This document shows, one piece after another, positions 37,166 through 48,517 of a DNA stretch of 64,000 nt (positions within the stretch are counted from its first letter, which is position 1; each line of letters opens with the position of its first letter). The stretch is taken from positions 6,421-70,420 of the forward strand of contig JAFRRF010000020.1 of the NCBI GenBank assembly GCA_017428245.1, in the 5' to 3' direction. The position numbers and the translations under genes were made by a program. Below the pieces are notes generated by a model. That model was given only the letters and a program-made list of their open reading frames with translations. It had not been told where the DNA came from and did no database searches. Source of the DNA: Bacteroidales bacterium (GTDB lineage: Bacteria > Bacteroidota > Bacteroidia > Bacteroidales > UBA932).

Positions 37166-40066
37166 ATGAAACGCATCACCACCCTGCTCCTGATGGCAGT
37201 CCTTGTGCTCACCGCCGCATCCTGCAGCAAGTACAAGTATGAGACTGTCAAGGGAGATCCCACCGGCGCGCGCATCTACACGCTGGACAACGGTCTCAAA
37301 GTCTACATGATTGTCAACAAGGACGAACCGCGCATCGACGCGCACGTCGCCGTGAAGGTCGGCAGCAAGAACGACCCGCAGGAGACCACCGGTCTCGCCC
37401 ACTATTTCGAACACCTGATGTTCAAGGGTACGAAACAGCTCGGCACGACGGACTACGCCAAGGAGGAACCGCTCCTCAATGAGATCGAGTCCCTTTTCGA
37501 AGTGTATCGCAAAACCACCGATCCCGAGCAGCGCAAGGCCATCTACCACCAGATCGACTCCATTTCGTATGAAGCCTCCAAGATCTTCATCCCCAACGAG
37601 TACGACAAGGCGATGGCGGCCATCGGCGGCCGCGGAACCAACGCCTACACCAGCAACGACGTGACCTGCTATACCGAAAACATCCCTTCCAACCAGCTGG
37701 AGAACTGGGCCAAGATCCAGGCCGACCGTTTTGAGAACGTCGTTCTCCGCGGCTTCCACACCGAGCTGGAAACCATCTACGAGGAATACAACATGTATGC
37801 GGTGATGGACCAGGAGAAAGTCCAGGAAGCGGCCTTCGCCGCCCTGTTCCCGAAGCACCCCTACCACACCCCCGTCATCGGCTGGGGCGACCACCTCAAG
37901 AACCCCTCGATCACCAACGTAAAGAAATATCACGACCAGTGGTACGTGCCCAACAATATGGCCGTATGCCTCGCGGGTGACTTCAATCCCGACGAAGCCA
38001 TCAAGGTCATCGACAAGTATTTCGGCCCGCTGAAGCCCAACAAGGACCTCAAGAAGATGGAATTCGAGCCTGAAGACCCCATCACCGCCCCGGTGGTGAA
38101 GGACGTCCTCGGCCTTGAATCGCCCAACATTCTCCTCGCCTGGCGCTTCCCGGGCGCCAACAGCCCCGAAGCCAAATACATCGACCTGATCGGTTCCATC
38201 CTGACCAACGGCAAGGCCGGCCTCATCGACCTCGACGTGAACCAGCAGCAGAAGGTTCTGAGCATGTACGCGGTGGCCGAGACCATGGCCGATTACTCCG
38301 CCTTCGTGGTGATGGGTGAGCCGCTCCAGGGCCAGAGCCTGGAAGAAGTCAAGCAGATCGCTCTCGCCGAGATCGAGAAGGTCAAGAAAGGCGAATTCGA
38401 CGAAGACCTGCTGACCGCCATCATCAACAACGCCAAACTCCGGTTCATGCAGCAGTGCGACCGCTCCCGTTTCCTGGTGAGCGCTGAAGTGAACTGCTTC
38501 ATCAACGACATCGAGTGGAAAGACTTCGTCCACGAGATCGACGAGCTGTCAAAGATTACGAAAGACGACCTGGTCGCCTTCGCCAACGAGCACTTCAAAG
38601 ACAACTACGTGCAGATCAACAAGCTCGAGCAGCCCGATCCGACCGACACCCGCATCGCCAAGCCGGCCATCACGCCGATCATGATGAACCGCGACGCGTC
38701 CAGTCAGTTCCTGCGCGACCTCCAGGCCTCGACCGTCACACCCATTGAGCCCGTGTTCGTGGACTACAAGAAAGATATGTCGATCCTCAGTGCGAAGAAC
38801 GACATCCCCGTGCTCTACAAGAAGAACGTGAGCAACGGCACCTTCCAGTTGACCTACTACTTCGAGACCGGAAGCTACGCAGACAAGGTGATGCCTTTCG
38901 CTGCCAACTACCTCAGTTTCCTCGGCACCGATGACATGACGCCGGAAGAAGTGCAGAAAGCCTTTTATAAACTGGCCTGCAATATGAGTGTCAACTGCAT
39001 GGGCGAAGAGACCCAGGTGACCCTGAGCGGCCTTGCAGAGAATATGGAAGAGGCCATGGAACTTGTCGAGAAGGTCATCGCCCACGCGAAGGCCAACCCG
39101 GAAGCCCTTCAGATGCTCAAGTTCAACACCCTCTACGAACGCCGCAACGCAAAACTCAACCAGCGAAGCAACGCCCAGCGGATGTCCGCCTACGCCATGT
39201 ACGGTCCGAAGAACCCGCAGACCAACATCCTCTCCGCCGCCGAACTGATGCAGCTTGACGATGAAGCCCTGCTCGAGAAGATCCATCACATCTTCGACAA
39301 TGAGCACAAGGTGCTCTACTACGGCCCGCTCGCCGAAAACGAACTCGTCGACGCCGTCAACCGCATCCACCAGGTGCCCGGCCAGCTCAACCCCGTGGTC
39401 AAGGGCGATCCGTTCGCCTATCTGCCTACGGAAACCGACGCCGTTGTCGTGGCCCCGTACGACGCCAACCAGCTCAATCTGCAGGCCTTCTACAACACCG
39501 GCCTGAAGTTCAACGTGGAGACCGCCCCCATCATCCGGCTCTACAACGAGTACTTCGGCGGCGGAATGAACTCCATCGTCTTCCAGGAGATCCGTGAAGC
39601 CCGCGGCCTGGCCTACAGCGCCCGCGCCAACTACTCGATCCCGTCCGACCTGGACCACCCGTCGCTGTTCACCTATTCCATCGGCACGCAGAACGACAAA
39701 CTGATCGACGCCCTGAGCGCCTTCGACGAGATCATCAACAATATGCCGGTCTCCGAGAACGCCTTCAACATCGCCAAGGAGTCGCTGATCTCGAACCTCC
39801 GCACGGCCCGTACCGTCAAGGGCAACGTCCTGGCTTCGTACCTTGCTGCCCAGAAGCGCGGTCTCGACTATGACCTCAACAAGGTCATCTACGAGAAAGT
39901 CCCCTCCCTCACGCTCGACGACGTGATCAAATTCCAGCAGGAATTTGTCAAGGACAAACCGTACACCATCGGCATCCTGGGCCGCAAGGGCGACCTCGAT
40001 CTCAAGGCACTGGAGAACTACGGCAAGATCAAACAGGTCTCGACCGACGAAATTTTCGGTTATTAA
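37166..40066 (+). CDS. M16 (insulinase/pitrilysin) family zinc peptidase lipoprotein
   Basis: Start moved to MKRITTLLLMAVLVLTAASC (lipobox). Inverted zinc motif HYFEHLMFKGT (HxxEH). About 965 aa, the two-M16-unit size. Confidence 0.85.
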   Translation: MKRITTLLLMAVLVLTAASCSKYKYETVKGDPTGARIYTLDNGLKVYMIVNKDEPRIDAHVAVKVGSKNDPQETTGLAHYFEHLMFKGTKQLGTTDYAKEEPLLNEIESLFEVYRKTTDPEQRKAIYHQIDSISYEASKIFIPNEYDKAMAAIGGRGTNAYTSNDVTCYTENIPSNQLENWAKIQADRFENVVLRGFHTELETIYEEYNMYAVMDQEKVQEAAFAALFPKHPYHTPVIGWGDHLKNPSITNVKKYHDQWYVPNNMAVCLAGDFNPDEAIKVIDKYFGPLKPNKDLKKMEFEPEDPITAPVVKDVLGLESPNILLAWRFPGANSPEAKYIDLIGSILTNGKAGLIDLDVNQQQKVLSMYAVAETMADYSAFVVMGEPLQGQSLEEVKQIALAEIEKVKKGEFDEDLLTAIINNAKLRFMQQCDRSRFLVSAEVNCFINDIEWKDFVHEIDELSKITKDDLVAFANEHFKDNYVQINKLEQPDPTDTRIAKPAITPIMMNRDASSQFLRDLQASTVTPIEPVFVDYKKDMSILSAKNDIPVLYKKNVSNGTFQLTYYFETGSYADKVMPFAANYLSFLGTDDMTPEEVQKAFYKLACNMSVNCMGEETQVTLSGLAENMEEAMELVEKVIAHAKANPEALQMLKFNTLYERRNAKLNQRSNAQRMSAYAMYGPKNPQTNILSAAELMQLDDEALLEKIHHIFDNEHKVLYYGPLAENELVDAVNRIHQVPGQLNPVVKGDPFAYLPTETDAVVVAPYDANQLNLQAFYNTGLKFNVETAPIIRLYNEYFGGGMNSIVFQEIREARGLAYSARANYSIPSDLDHPSLFTYSIGTQNDKLIDALSAFDEIINNMPVSENAFNIAKESLISNLRTARTVKGNVLASYLAAQKRGLDYDLNKVIYEKVPSLTLDDVIKFQQEFVKDKPYTIGILGRKGDLDLKALENYGKIKQVSTDEIFGY

Positions 40067-40089
40067 TTGAAGATTCGCAAAATTGGTAT

Positions 40090-40097
40090 TATCTTTG
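40090..40097 (+). promoter_or_regulatory. Candidate -7 box (TATCTTTG) for the ferredoxin gene
   Basis: Matches TAnnTTTG, 47 nt upstream of the ATG at 40144. Confidence 0.4.
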
Positions 40098-40143
40098 CCT
40101 ATCCGGACGAACGAAATCAAAACAACACTTAAACTTTTCAACC

Positions 40144-40311
40144 ATGGCTTACAAAATCACTGAAAATTGCGTTGCTTGCGGTACCTGCATCGATGAATGC
40201 CCGATGGGCGCCATCTCCGCCGGCGACATCTACAAGATCGATCCTAACGCTTGTGTCGACTGCGGCACCTGCGCCGGTGTCTGCCCTCAGGGCGCCATCG
40301 AACAGGAATAA
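40144..40311 (+). CDS. 2x[4Fe-4S] ferredoxin (55 aa), not in the supplied ORF track
   Basis: My translation is MAYKITENCVACGTCIDECPMGAISAGDIYKIDPNACVDCGTCAGVCPQGAIEQE, with two CxxCxxCxxxCP motifs. Confidence 0.88.
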   Translation: MAYKITENCVACGTCIDECPMGAISAGDIYKIDPNACVDCGTCAGVCPQGAIEQE

Positions 40312-40330
40312 TACTCCTGTGGATCAAAAC

Positions 40331-40362
40331 AAGAAGGGCGGCCGTCGGCTGCCCTTCTTTTG
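40331..40362. terminator. Intrinsic terminator between the convergent ferredoxin and Na/Pi transporter genes
   Basis: An 8-bp stem agaagggc (40332-40339) / gcccttct (40351-40358), followed by TTTT on the plus strand and preceded by an A-rich run. Confidence 0.55.
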
Positions 40363-40376
40363 TATTCCGGAATCCG

Positions 40377-42068
40377 TTATCGTTCGCTCTCCCGATGGGA
40401 AGTGCCCAGACGGGCTTCCACGACGTTGATGATGTAGTCGCCGCATTTCTCGGCCTCATTGACAAGGTCCATATAAATACTGCCGCTGTCGTAGGTATAT
40501 ACGTGGTTGTCCACATCGCGCAGGTTCTGCTCCTTGAGCCGCTCGCGGCACTCGTTGATGCGGGCTTCGATCTCTTCCGAAGGATTGAAGTCGAAATCCT
40601 CGCGACGGCCCGTCAGCATCTCCAGCATACGGGCGCCGGCCTCCTGGGAAAGGCCGAACATCTGCTTGACGCCTTCTTCCTGTTCCGGTGTAAAATCAAT
40701 CTTCGCTTCATATTTGCGCCGAAGGATGCGCGCCATATTGAATCCGCTGTCGCCGATGCTCTCCAACTCGCCGATCTGACGAAGCATCGCGCGAATCTTC
40801 TCCTTGGTATCATCGCTCAAGTGCGCCTCGCCCACCTGACCGAGATACTTGCCGATCTCATTCTCCATATTGTCGCTGATCTGCTCATATTTTTCAAGCC
40901 GGTCGAAGATCTTCTTGAAAGCAGCCTCGTCGGTAGTACGGTACAGATCCTTCACCATATGTGACATCTTCATCATACGCTCGCCGAACACGGCGATCTC
41001 CTTCTGGGCCTGCAGCACGGAGATTTCCGGCGTCTTCATCAGACCGCCGCGGATATACTTCAGGCGGAACTCCTCGTCTTCTTCGCTCTGCTTGGGTTTG
41101 ATGAGCCGGCAGACGAATTTCTCGATCTGGGGGATAAACCAGATCAGGATCATCGTATTGGTGACGTTGAAGGCGGTATGGAAAGTCGCCAGCGCGAAAG
41201 AGAGCTGGGTCGGCGACTGCGTATCGGCCGTCGGGTCAAGGCCGACGATGCGGCAGACCATACGAACGAAGGGGAAGAAACAACACAGGATCCACGTCAC
41301 GCCGAAAACGTTGAACAGCAGGTGGGCGGCTGCAGCCCGGCGAGCCTGCGTATTGGCCGACATCGCCGCGATATTGGCCGTCAGCGTGGTACCGATATTC
41401 TCTCCCATAACCAGGGCTATGCCCTGGAAGATGGAAATCGCACCGGTGGAGCAAAGGACCATCGTGATGGCCATGATGGCAGCGGACGACTGGGCGATGA
41501 AGGTCAGGATCGTGCCGACAAGCAGGAACAGCAGGATTGTCAGGTAGCTGCCGGAATCGAACGAAGAGAAAAAGTTCACGACGGCCGCATTGTTGGCCAG
41601 ATCCATCTCACGCCCGGTAGCATTGAGCATGCCCAGAGCGAAAAGCAGGAACGAAAGACCGAAGAGGAAATCTCCCACATATCGGTGCTTGCCGATCTGG
41701 ATCAGGATGATGCCCAGCAGGAAGGCAGGCCAGACGATATTTGTGATATTGAACGAGAATCCGGCCGACATGATCCAGGCCGAAAGCGTGGTACCGATAT
41801 TGGCACCCATGATGATCGAGATGGCCTGGGAGAGGGACAGCAGGGCGGCGTTGACGAAAGAGACCGTCATTACCGTGGTCGCAGCTGAAGACTGTACGGC
41901 AACCGTCACCAGCGCACCGGTCGCCACCCCCGTGAAACGGTTTGTGGTCATCGCCCCGAGGAGGTGTCGCAACTGCGGGCCCGCCATCTTCTGGAGCGCC
42001 TCGCTCATCACCTTCATACCATACATCAAAAGGGCAATCGACCCCAGCAGTTTCAGTGCAATCAACAT
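40377..42068 (-). CDS. Na/Pi cotransporter family protein with C-terminal PhoU-like region
   Basis: LKLLGSIALLMYGMKVMSEALQKMAGPQLRHLL...VQSSAATTVM, and a second repeat AQSSAAIMAITM. The C-terminal helical domain is PhoU-like. Confidence 0.85.
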   Translation of the reverse strand: MLIALKLLGSIALLMYGMKVMSEALQKMAGPQLRHLLGAMTTNRFTGVATGALVTVAVQSSAATTVMTVSFVNAALLSLSQAISIIMGANIGTTLSAWIMSAGFSFNITNIVWPAFLLGIILIQIGKHRYVGDFLFGLSFLLFALGMLNATGREMDLANNAAVVNFFSSFDSGSYLTILLFLLVGTILTFIAQSSAAIMAITMVLCSTGAISIFQGIALVMGENIGTTLTANIAAMSANTQARRAAAAHLLFNVFGVTWILCCFFPFVRMVCRIVGLDPTADTQSPTQLSFALATFHTAFNVTNTMILIWFIPQIEKFVCRLIKPKQSEEDEEFRLKYIRGGLMKTPEISVLQAQKEIAVFGERMMKMSHMVKDLYRTTDEAAFKKIFDRLEKYEQISDNMENEIGKYLGQVGEAHLSDDTKEKIRAMLRQIGELESIGDSGFNMARILRRKYEAKIDFTPEQEEGVKQMFGLSQEAGARMLEMLTGRREDFDFNPSEEIEARINECRERLKEQNLRDVDNHVYTYDSGSIYMDLVNEAEKCGDYIINVVEARLGTSHRESER

Positions 42069-42092
42069 AGTATCCGAAAATTTAACGCAAAA

Positions 42093-43442
42093 TTAAGACA
42101 GTTCCGCGAAATAGCAAACAGAAATCACCGTATCGATATCCTCCACTTGCGAAACGGGAAGGGTAACGGTCAGGAATCCGTCTTTCGAGACGGAATAGTC
42201 CAGTTTCTCTCCGGAAAGCAGGGAAACGGCTCCCCTGCGGGCCGGTACGACACCGTCCGGCAGCGGGACCACAAGTTTGTACAGGCCGTCGCGGAGCGGC
42301 AGGGCATCAGGATCGAGCACGTGCAGGAAGATATGTCCGCTGTTCTGCGTCGTCACGCCCCAGGCCTGCGGCGGGATGACCGTGGATGTCGTACCGTCGA
42401 CTGAGACGGAATGGCCCCGCATCCAGACTCCGAGCCCGCGCAGGCGGTCGAGGGCCTGCGGTGGAAGTTCACCGTTGGCCATCGGACCGATGTTGAGCAG
42501 GAGATTGGCGTTTTTCGCTGCCGCACGCACCAGCAGGTGCACCAGTTCTTTCACGCTCTTGTACTGTGTGTCGGTGATCCGGTAGCCCCAGGCACCGTTC
42601 ATCGTCTCGCAAGTCTCCAGGGGAAGCCGGCTGATTCCCTGCCCCGACAGCCCTGCCTTGTTCTCACCGGGCAGGTCGCGCTCGAACATCTGGAAGTCCT
42701 CTCCCTCGAAAGGTGCGATATGATGGTTGTTGCCGATCAGGCATTCCGGCTTGATCGAATGGATATAAGCGTAAAACTCCGGCATCCGCCAATCAAAGTC
42801 CGGATCACCGTCGTGATCCCAGATGCCGTCGAACCATAGGGCGCTCAAATTGGGATACTGTGCCAGAAGTTCACGGACCTGGGTTTTCATAAAGTTGAAA
42901 TAGTGGTCATAATCCTGGCGGTCGCCTTTCCGGCCGGTCTGCAGGCCGGTCCGGCCCTGCGGATAATCTTCCCTGATCCAGTCGAGCGTCGAATAGTAGA
43001 GATGGAAACGCAGCCCGGACGCGGCACAAGCTTCCGCGAGCTCTCCCGTCACATCCCGGCCGAAAGGCGTAGCGTCGACAATATTGTAATCAGACGCGGA
43101 CGTCTTGAACATGGAAAAGCCGTCGTGGTGCCGGGAAGTCAGGGTGACATAACCGGCGCCGGCATCCCGGAAGGCGGCCACCCAGTCGGCCGCATTGAAT
43201 TTTACGGGGTTGAAATACTGGGCCGCCACAGAATAGGAAGCATTGTCGATTCCGGAAGTCTGCAGATACCATTCGCCCTGTGCATAGGTGGAATAAATGC
43301 CCCAGTGAAGGAAAATGCCGAGCCGGTGCTGCTGGAAGTCCGCCCGTTGCCGGAGATTATCGGGTGAGGGCTCATAGCTCTGAGCTGCGGCAGAGCCGCC
43401 CAACAACAGGACGGCGGCAAGGAAAAGAACGAAGCGTTTCAT
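42093..43442 (-). CDS. GH29 alpha-L-fucosidase
   Basis: Signal peptide. FQQHRLGIFLHWGIYS, TSRHHDGFSMF and LWFDG are typical of GH29. Confidence 0.85.
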   Translation of the reverse strand: MKRFVLFLAAVLLLGGSAAAQSYEPSPDNLRQRADFQQHRLGIFLHWGIYSTYAQGEWYLQTSGIDNASYSVAAQYFNPVKFNAADWVAAFRDAGAGYVTLTSRHHDGFSMFKTSASDYNIVDATPFGRDVTGELAEACAASGLRFHLYYSTLDWIREDYPQGRTGLQTGRKGDRQDYDHYFNFMKTQVRELLAQYPNLSALWFDGIWDHDGDPDFDWRMPEFYAYIHSIKPECLIGNNHHIAPFEGEDFQMFERDLPGENKAGLSGQGISRLPLETCETMNGAWGYRITDTQYKSVKELVHLLVRAAAKNANLLLNIGPMANGELPPQALDRLRGLGVWMRGHSVSVDGTTSTVIPPQAWGVTTQNSGHIFLHVLDPDALPLRDGLYKLVVPLPDGVVPARRGAVSLLSGEKLDYSVSKDGFLTVTLPVSQVEDIDTVISVCYFAELS

Positions 43443-43462
43443 TTTTTTGTGTTCAGTTTCAC

Positions 43463-43470
43463 AAATTTAC
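43463..43470 (-). promoter_or_regulatory. Candidate -7 box (TAAATTTG) for the fucosidase gene
   Basis: The reverse complement of caaattta matches TAnnTTTG, 21 nt upstream of the ATG at 43442. Confidence 0.4.
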
Positions 43471-43482
43471 GGAAATATCCTT

Positions 43483-43490
43483 ATATTTGA
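43483..43490 (+). promoter_or_regulatory. Candidate -7 box (TATATTTG) for the GlsB/YeaQ-like gene
   Basis: Matches TAnnTTTG, 20 nt upstream of the ATG at 43511. Confidence 0.4.
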
Positions 43491-43510
43491 AATACTAAAA
43501 ACAAACCATT

Positions 43511-43753
43511 ATGAACATCATTATCAGTATCCTTGTCGGAGCCCTGGCCGGTTTTCTGGCCGGCAAGATTGTGAAAGGCTCCGGTTCCGGCTTCCTGTTG
43601 AACCTCATCATCGGCATCGTCGGCGGCTTCATCGGCGGCAACGTGCTGAAATGGCTGGGCGTCAACTGGGGTGCCACCATCTGGGGCTGCCTCCTGACCG
43701 CAGTCATCGGCGCCTGCCTGCTGCTGTGGATCGTATCGCTCTTCAGAAAGTAG
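43511..43753 (+). CDS. GlsB/YeaQ/YmgE (transglycosylase-associated) family small membrane protein
   Basis: ILVGALAGFLAGKIVKGSGSGFLLNLIIGIVGGFIGG is the family signature. Confidence 0.8.
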   Translation: MNIIISILVGALAGFLAGKIVKGSGSGFLLNLIIGIVGGFIGGNVLKWLGVNWGATIWGCLLTAVIGACLLLWIVSLFRK

Positions 43754-43780
43754 CATTATCATCCGGAAGGTCTTGACCCT

Positions 43781-45376
<1,596 letters not shown>

Positions 45377-45380
45377 TCCG

Positions 45381-46877
45381 ATGGAACGCAGTTATCTGGC
45401 CATCGACCTGAAGTCTTTCTACGCTTCAGTCGAGTGTGTGTCGCGCAGTTTCGACCCGCTCGACATCAATCTGGTCGTGGCCGATGCCAGCCGTACGGAA
45501 AAAACCATCTGCCTGGCCGTCTCCCCGCCGCTCAAAGCCTGCGGCATCGCCGGAAGGCCGCGGCTCTTCGAAGTGGTGCAGCAGGTGCGGGAAATCAACC
45601 GGAAGCGGCTGCAGACCGCGCCCGGCCACCGTTTTTCCGGCAAATCTTCCTCAAGCGCCGAACTGGCCCGACATCCAGACTGGGAAATGACATTCGAGAC
45701 GGCCACGCCCCGGATGGCTCATTATATCGAGGTCAGTGCCCGGATCTTCGACATCTACCTCGACTATGTCTCCCCCGAAGACATCCACGTTTATTCCATC
45801 GACGAAGTCTTCATCGACGCCACCGAATATCTCCGTCTATACGGTGTTTCCGCACGTGAACTGGCCTCCCGCATCATCGGCGACGTGTACCGCCGGACCG
45901 GCATCACCGCGACTGCGGGTATCGGCACGAACCTCTACCTGTGCAAGGTGGCGATGGATATCCTCGCCAAGCATATGGCGGCCGATGAAAACGGGGCCCG
46001 GATCGCGGAACTCGACGAGATGTCCTACCGTCGTCAGCTCTGGAACCATCGCCCGATGACCGATTTCTGGCGCGTGGGACGCGGCATCGCCCGGCGGCTG
46101 GAACAATACGGAATCGATACGATGGGCAAGCTGGCCCGATGTTCCCTCCAGGACGAAGAACTGCTGTACGGACTCTTCGGCATCAACGCCGAACTGCTTA
46201 TCGATCACGCCTGGGGCTGGGAGCCCTGCACGATGGCTGCCATCAAGGCCTATCGCCCCGGGAGCAATTCGCTCAGCAGCGGTCAGGTGCTGGCCGAACC
46301 GTACGACTGGCGCAAAGCCCGTGTCGTCGTAAAGGAGATGGCCGATGCCGCAGCACTAGAACTGGAGCGTCAGCACCGGGTTACCGACCAGGTGACCCTG
46401 ACCATAGGTTACGACGCAGCCAGCCTGCAGCAGTCTGCCGGCCGCTATCAAGGAGAAACGGCGACCGACTACTACGGCAGACAGGTTCCGAAACACGCCC
46501 ACGGAACGTCCCGGATCGGCCGGCAGACGGCCAGCGCCCGCCTGATCATCAAAGCCTCACTCGAGATATTCGACCGGACCGTCAATCCGGACCTGCTCGT
46601 CCGCCATATCACCCTGACCACCGACCACGTCGTGGACAGGGCGCTGGCCGGACAGAAGACGGAACCCGTCCAACTCGACCTGTTCACCGACTATGAAGCA
46701 CTGGAGCGGGAAAGGGAGGCCGAAGAAGAGGCGCTGGAAAAGGAACACCGCCTGCAGCAGACACTGCTCCGGCTCAAAGAACAATACGGGAAAAATGCTG
46801 TGCTCAAAGGAATGAATTTCGAGGAAGGGGCCACCGGACGCGACCGCAACCAACAGATCGGAGGACACAAAGCCTGA
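45381..46877 (+). CDS. Y-family DNA polymerase (UmuC/DinB/UvrX-like)
   Basis: YLAIDLKSFYASVE (catalytic Asp), YSIDEVFID (DE motif), and GIGTNLYLCKVA. Start moved to MERSYLAIDL (45381), after the stop of the upstream gene. Confidence 0.85.
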   Translation: MERSYLAIDLKSFYASVECVSRSFDPLDINLVVADASRTEKTICLAVSPPLKACGIAGRPRLFEVVQQVREINRKRLQTAPGHRFSGKSSSSAELARHPDWEMTFETATPRMAHYIEVSARIFDIYLDYVSPEDIHVYSIDEVFIDATEYLRLYGVSARELASRIIGDVYRRTGITATAGIGTNLYLCKVAMDILAKHMAADENGARIAELDEMSYRRQLWNHRPMTDFWRVGRGIARRLEQYGIDTMGKLARCSLQDEELLYGLFGINAELLIDHAWGWEPCTMAAIKAYRPGSNSLSSGQVLAEPYDWRKARVVVKEMADAAALELERQHRVTDQVTLTIGYDAASLQQSAGRYQGETATDYYGRQVPKHAHGTSRIGRQTASARLIIKASLEIFDRTVNPDLLVRHITLTTDHVVDRALAGQKTEPVQLDLFTDYEALEREREAEEEALEKEHRLQQTLLRLKEQYGKNAVLKGMNFEEGATGRDRNQQIGGHKA

Positions 46878-47041
46878 TGAAAGACCCTTTCGAAGATATC
46901 ATCAACCTGCCCCATCCCGTATCGAAACGGCATCCGCAGATGTCCCTGGAGCAAAGGGCGGCCCAGTTCGCCCCGTTTTCAGCCGTCACAGGCTACGAAG
47001 CGGCCATCCGGGAAACGGCACACCGCCACGCGGAAGACTAG
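46877..47041 (+). CDS. Short YolD-like ORF (54 aa), translationally coupled to the polymerase; possibly truncated
   Basis: TGATG overlap with the polymerase stop. My translation is MKDPFEDIINLPHPVSKRHPQMSLEQRAAQFAPFSAVTGYEAAIRETAHRHAED. The RAAQFAPFSA(V/L)TGY segment resembles the YolD-like family found next to Y-family polymerases. Not in the ORF track. Confidence 0.5.
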   Translation: MKDPFEDIINLPHPVSKRHPQMSLEQRAAQFAPFSAVTGYEAAIRETAHRHAED

Positions 47042-47691
47042 ATTTCAGCGATAAGCGACAGGACAGCCTTGACCTCATCCCCCACCTTCACGCAGATCCG
47101 CGCTTCGAGGGGAAGATAATAGTCAATCCGGGAACCGAATTTGATGATGCCGCACTGTTCTCCGGCACGCACCGGCTTTCCTGTTTCCGCGTGACAGACG
47201 ATGCGGCGGGCAAAACCGCCGGCCAGCTGCTTGAACATAACTTCCTGGCCCGATTCCGTACGGACAGCCGTGCAGCAGTGCTCGTTTTCTTCGGAAGCCT
47301 TGGGCTTGAAAGCCAGCAGATGCTTGCCCGGGAAATACTCCGTATAGGATACCGTTCCCGTCACCGGCCAGAAATTGGCGTGCAGGTCCCAGAAATCCAT
47401 ATAGACCGACACCAGCTGCGCCTCGCGTTTGAGGTACCCGGGTTCAAAGACGGTTTCAATCCGGACCACCTTTCCGTCGGACACGGCAGAGATACGGTGT
47501 GAATCGCCGACGGGATCCCGGTCGGGAACCATATGGAAATACGTCTGCCAGCCCGCTACCCAGAGCAAAGCGAGCGACAAGGGCCATTTAACCCATCCGT
47601 AAGGGACGAAAAGCAACAGAGCGGCGATTCCGGCCACACAAACCAGATAGACCAGCAAAACGGTTCCGTAGGTATCTTTGTCCAGTTTCAT
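47038..47691 (-). CDS. psd: Phosphatidylserine decarboxylase proenzyme (short type)
   Basis: N-terminal TM helices. FGSRIDYYLP contains the G-S self-cleavage site context. Confidence 0.8.
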   Translation of the reverse strand: MKLDKDTYGTVLLVYLVCVAGIAALLLFVPYGWVKWPLSLALLWVAGWQTYFHMVPDRDPVGDSHRISAVSDGKVVRIETVFEPGYLKREAQLVSVYMDFWDLHANFWPVTGTVSYTEYFPGKHLLAFKPKASEENEHCCTAVRTESGQEVMFKQLAGGFARRIVCHAETGKPVRAGEQCGIIKFGSRIDYYLPLEARICVKVGDEVKAVLSLIAEI

Positions 47692-48515
47692 AGAAGGCCG
47701 AAAAGAAGCAGGTAAAGGGTTGAAAGCGGAAGGGTGAACAGGGCGTCGTCAAAACGGTCGAGTACGCCGCCGTGACCCGGGATCAGGTTGCCGGCGTCCT
47801 TCACTTTCGCGTGACGCTTGATGAGCGACTCGAACAGGTCACCGAAAACGCCGAAAACGGAGACGATCAGCGCGAGCGCGAACCAGTGTATCAGGGGAAG
47901 GACGGACGCACCCCAGATTGCAAAGACCGCCCAGGCGGCGATAAATGAAAAGAGGGTTCCGCCTGCCACGCCGATCCAGGATTTCTTCGGCGAAAGGGCC
48001 GGGAACAGCTTACGGCTGTCCGGCCGCTGTCCGAACGACATTCCCACGATATAGGCGCCGATATCATTCATCCAGATAATCACGAAAATCCCAAGCAGCA
48101 GACGCCAGGAGAAAACGCCCGACGGCCAGGCCAGCATCAGCAGGGCAGCCAGCGGCAAGGTCACGTAAAGCAGCGGAAAAAAGAGTGCGGTTGGAAACGC
48201 GTGATCCCCGGCCGCATCGAACAGCAGGAAGATGAACGCAGCCATTACCGGAAGGAAACCCAGCGCGGCAAAGCGGACGGGAATACCGCTTTGGAGATGG
48301 AAAAACAAGAGAATCAGCACGACGAGGGAACCCAGCGAAAGGCAAATCATCTCCTTGCGGAAACGACGGTCCACCGTCAGCCTGTAAAACTCATGGAAAA
48401 GCGCTGCGGAAAGGAAACAGACCAGTACCAGGATCCCCCAGGGAACCAGCATGCATCCTATCAGGATGGCGGAATACAGTAATCCGAAAACCGTGCGTTT
48501 CAGCAGCGTTCCCAT
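47688..48515 (-). CDS. cdsA: Phosphatidate cytidylyltransferase
   Basis: Signature SLIKRHAKVKDAGNLIPGHGGVLDRFD. Polytopic membrane protein. ATGA-type overlap with psd. Confidence 0.88.
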   Translation of the reverse strand: MGTLLKRTVFGLLYSAILIGCMLVPWGILVLVCFLSAALFHEFYRLTVDRRFRKEMICLSLGSLVVLILLFFHLQSGIPVRFAALGFLPVMAAFIFLLFDAAGDHAFPTALFFPLLYVTLPLAALLMLAWPSGVFSWRLLLGIFVIIWMNDIGAYIVGMSFGQRPDSRKLFPALSPKKSWIGVAGGTLFSFIAAWAVFAIWGASVLPLIHWFALALIVSVFGVFGDLFESLIKRHAKVKDAGNLIPGHGGVLDRFDDALFTLPLSTLYLLLFGLL

Positions 48516-48517
48516 CG

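Noticed and set aside
40172-40429. The listed 85-aa plus-strand ORF downstream of the M16 peptidase gene.
   Set aside because: A different frame in the same place encodes a textbook 2x[4Fe-4S] ferredoxin (40144-40311). The listed ORF also runs through the terminator and into the convergent gene.
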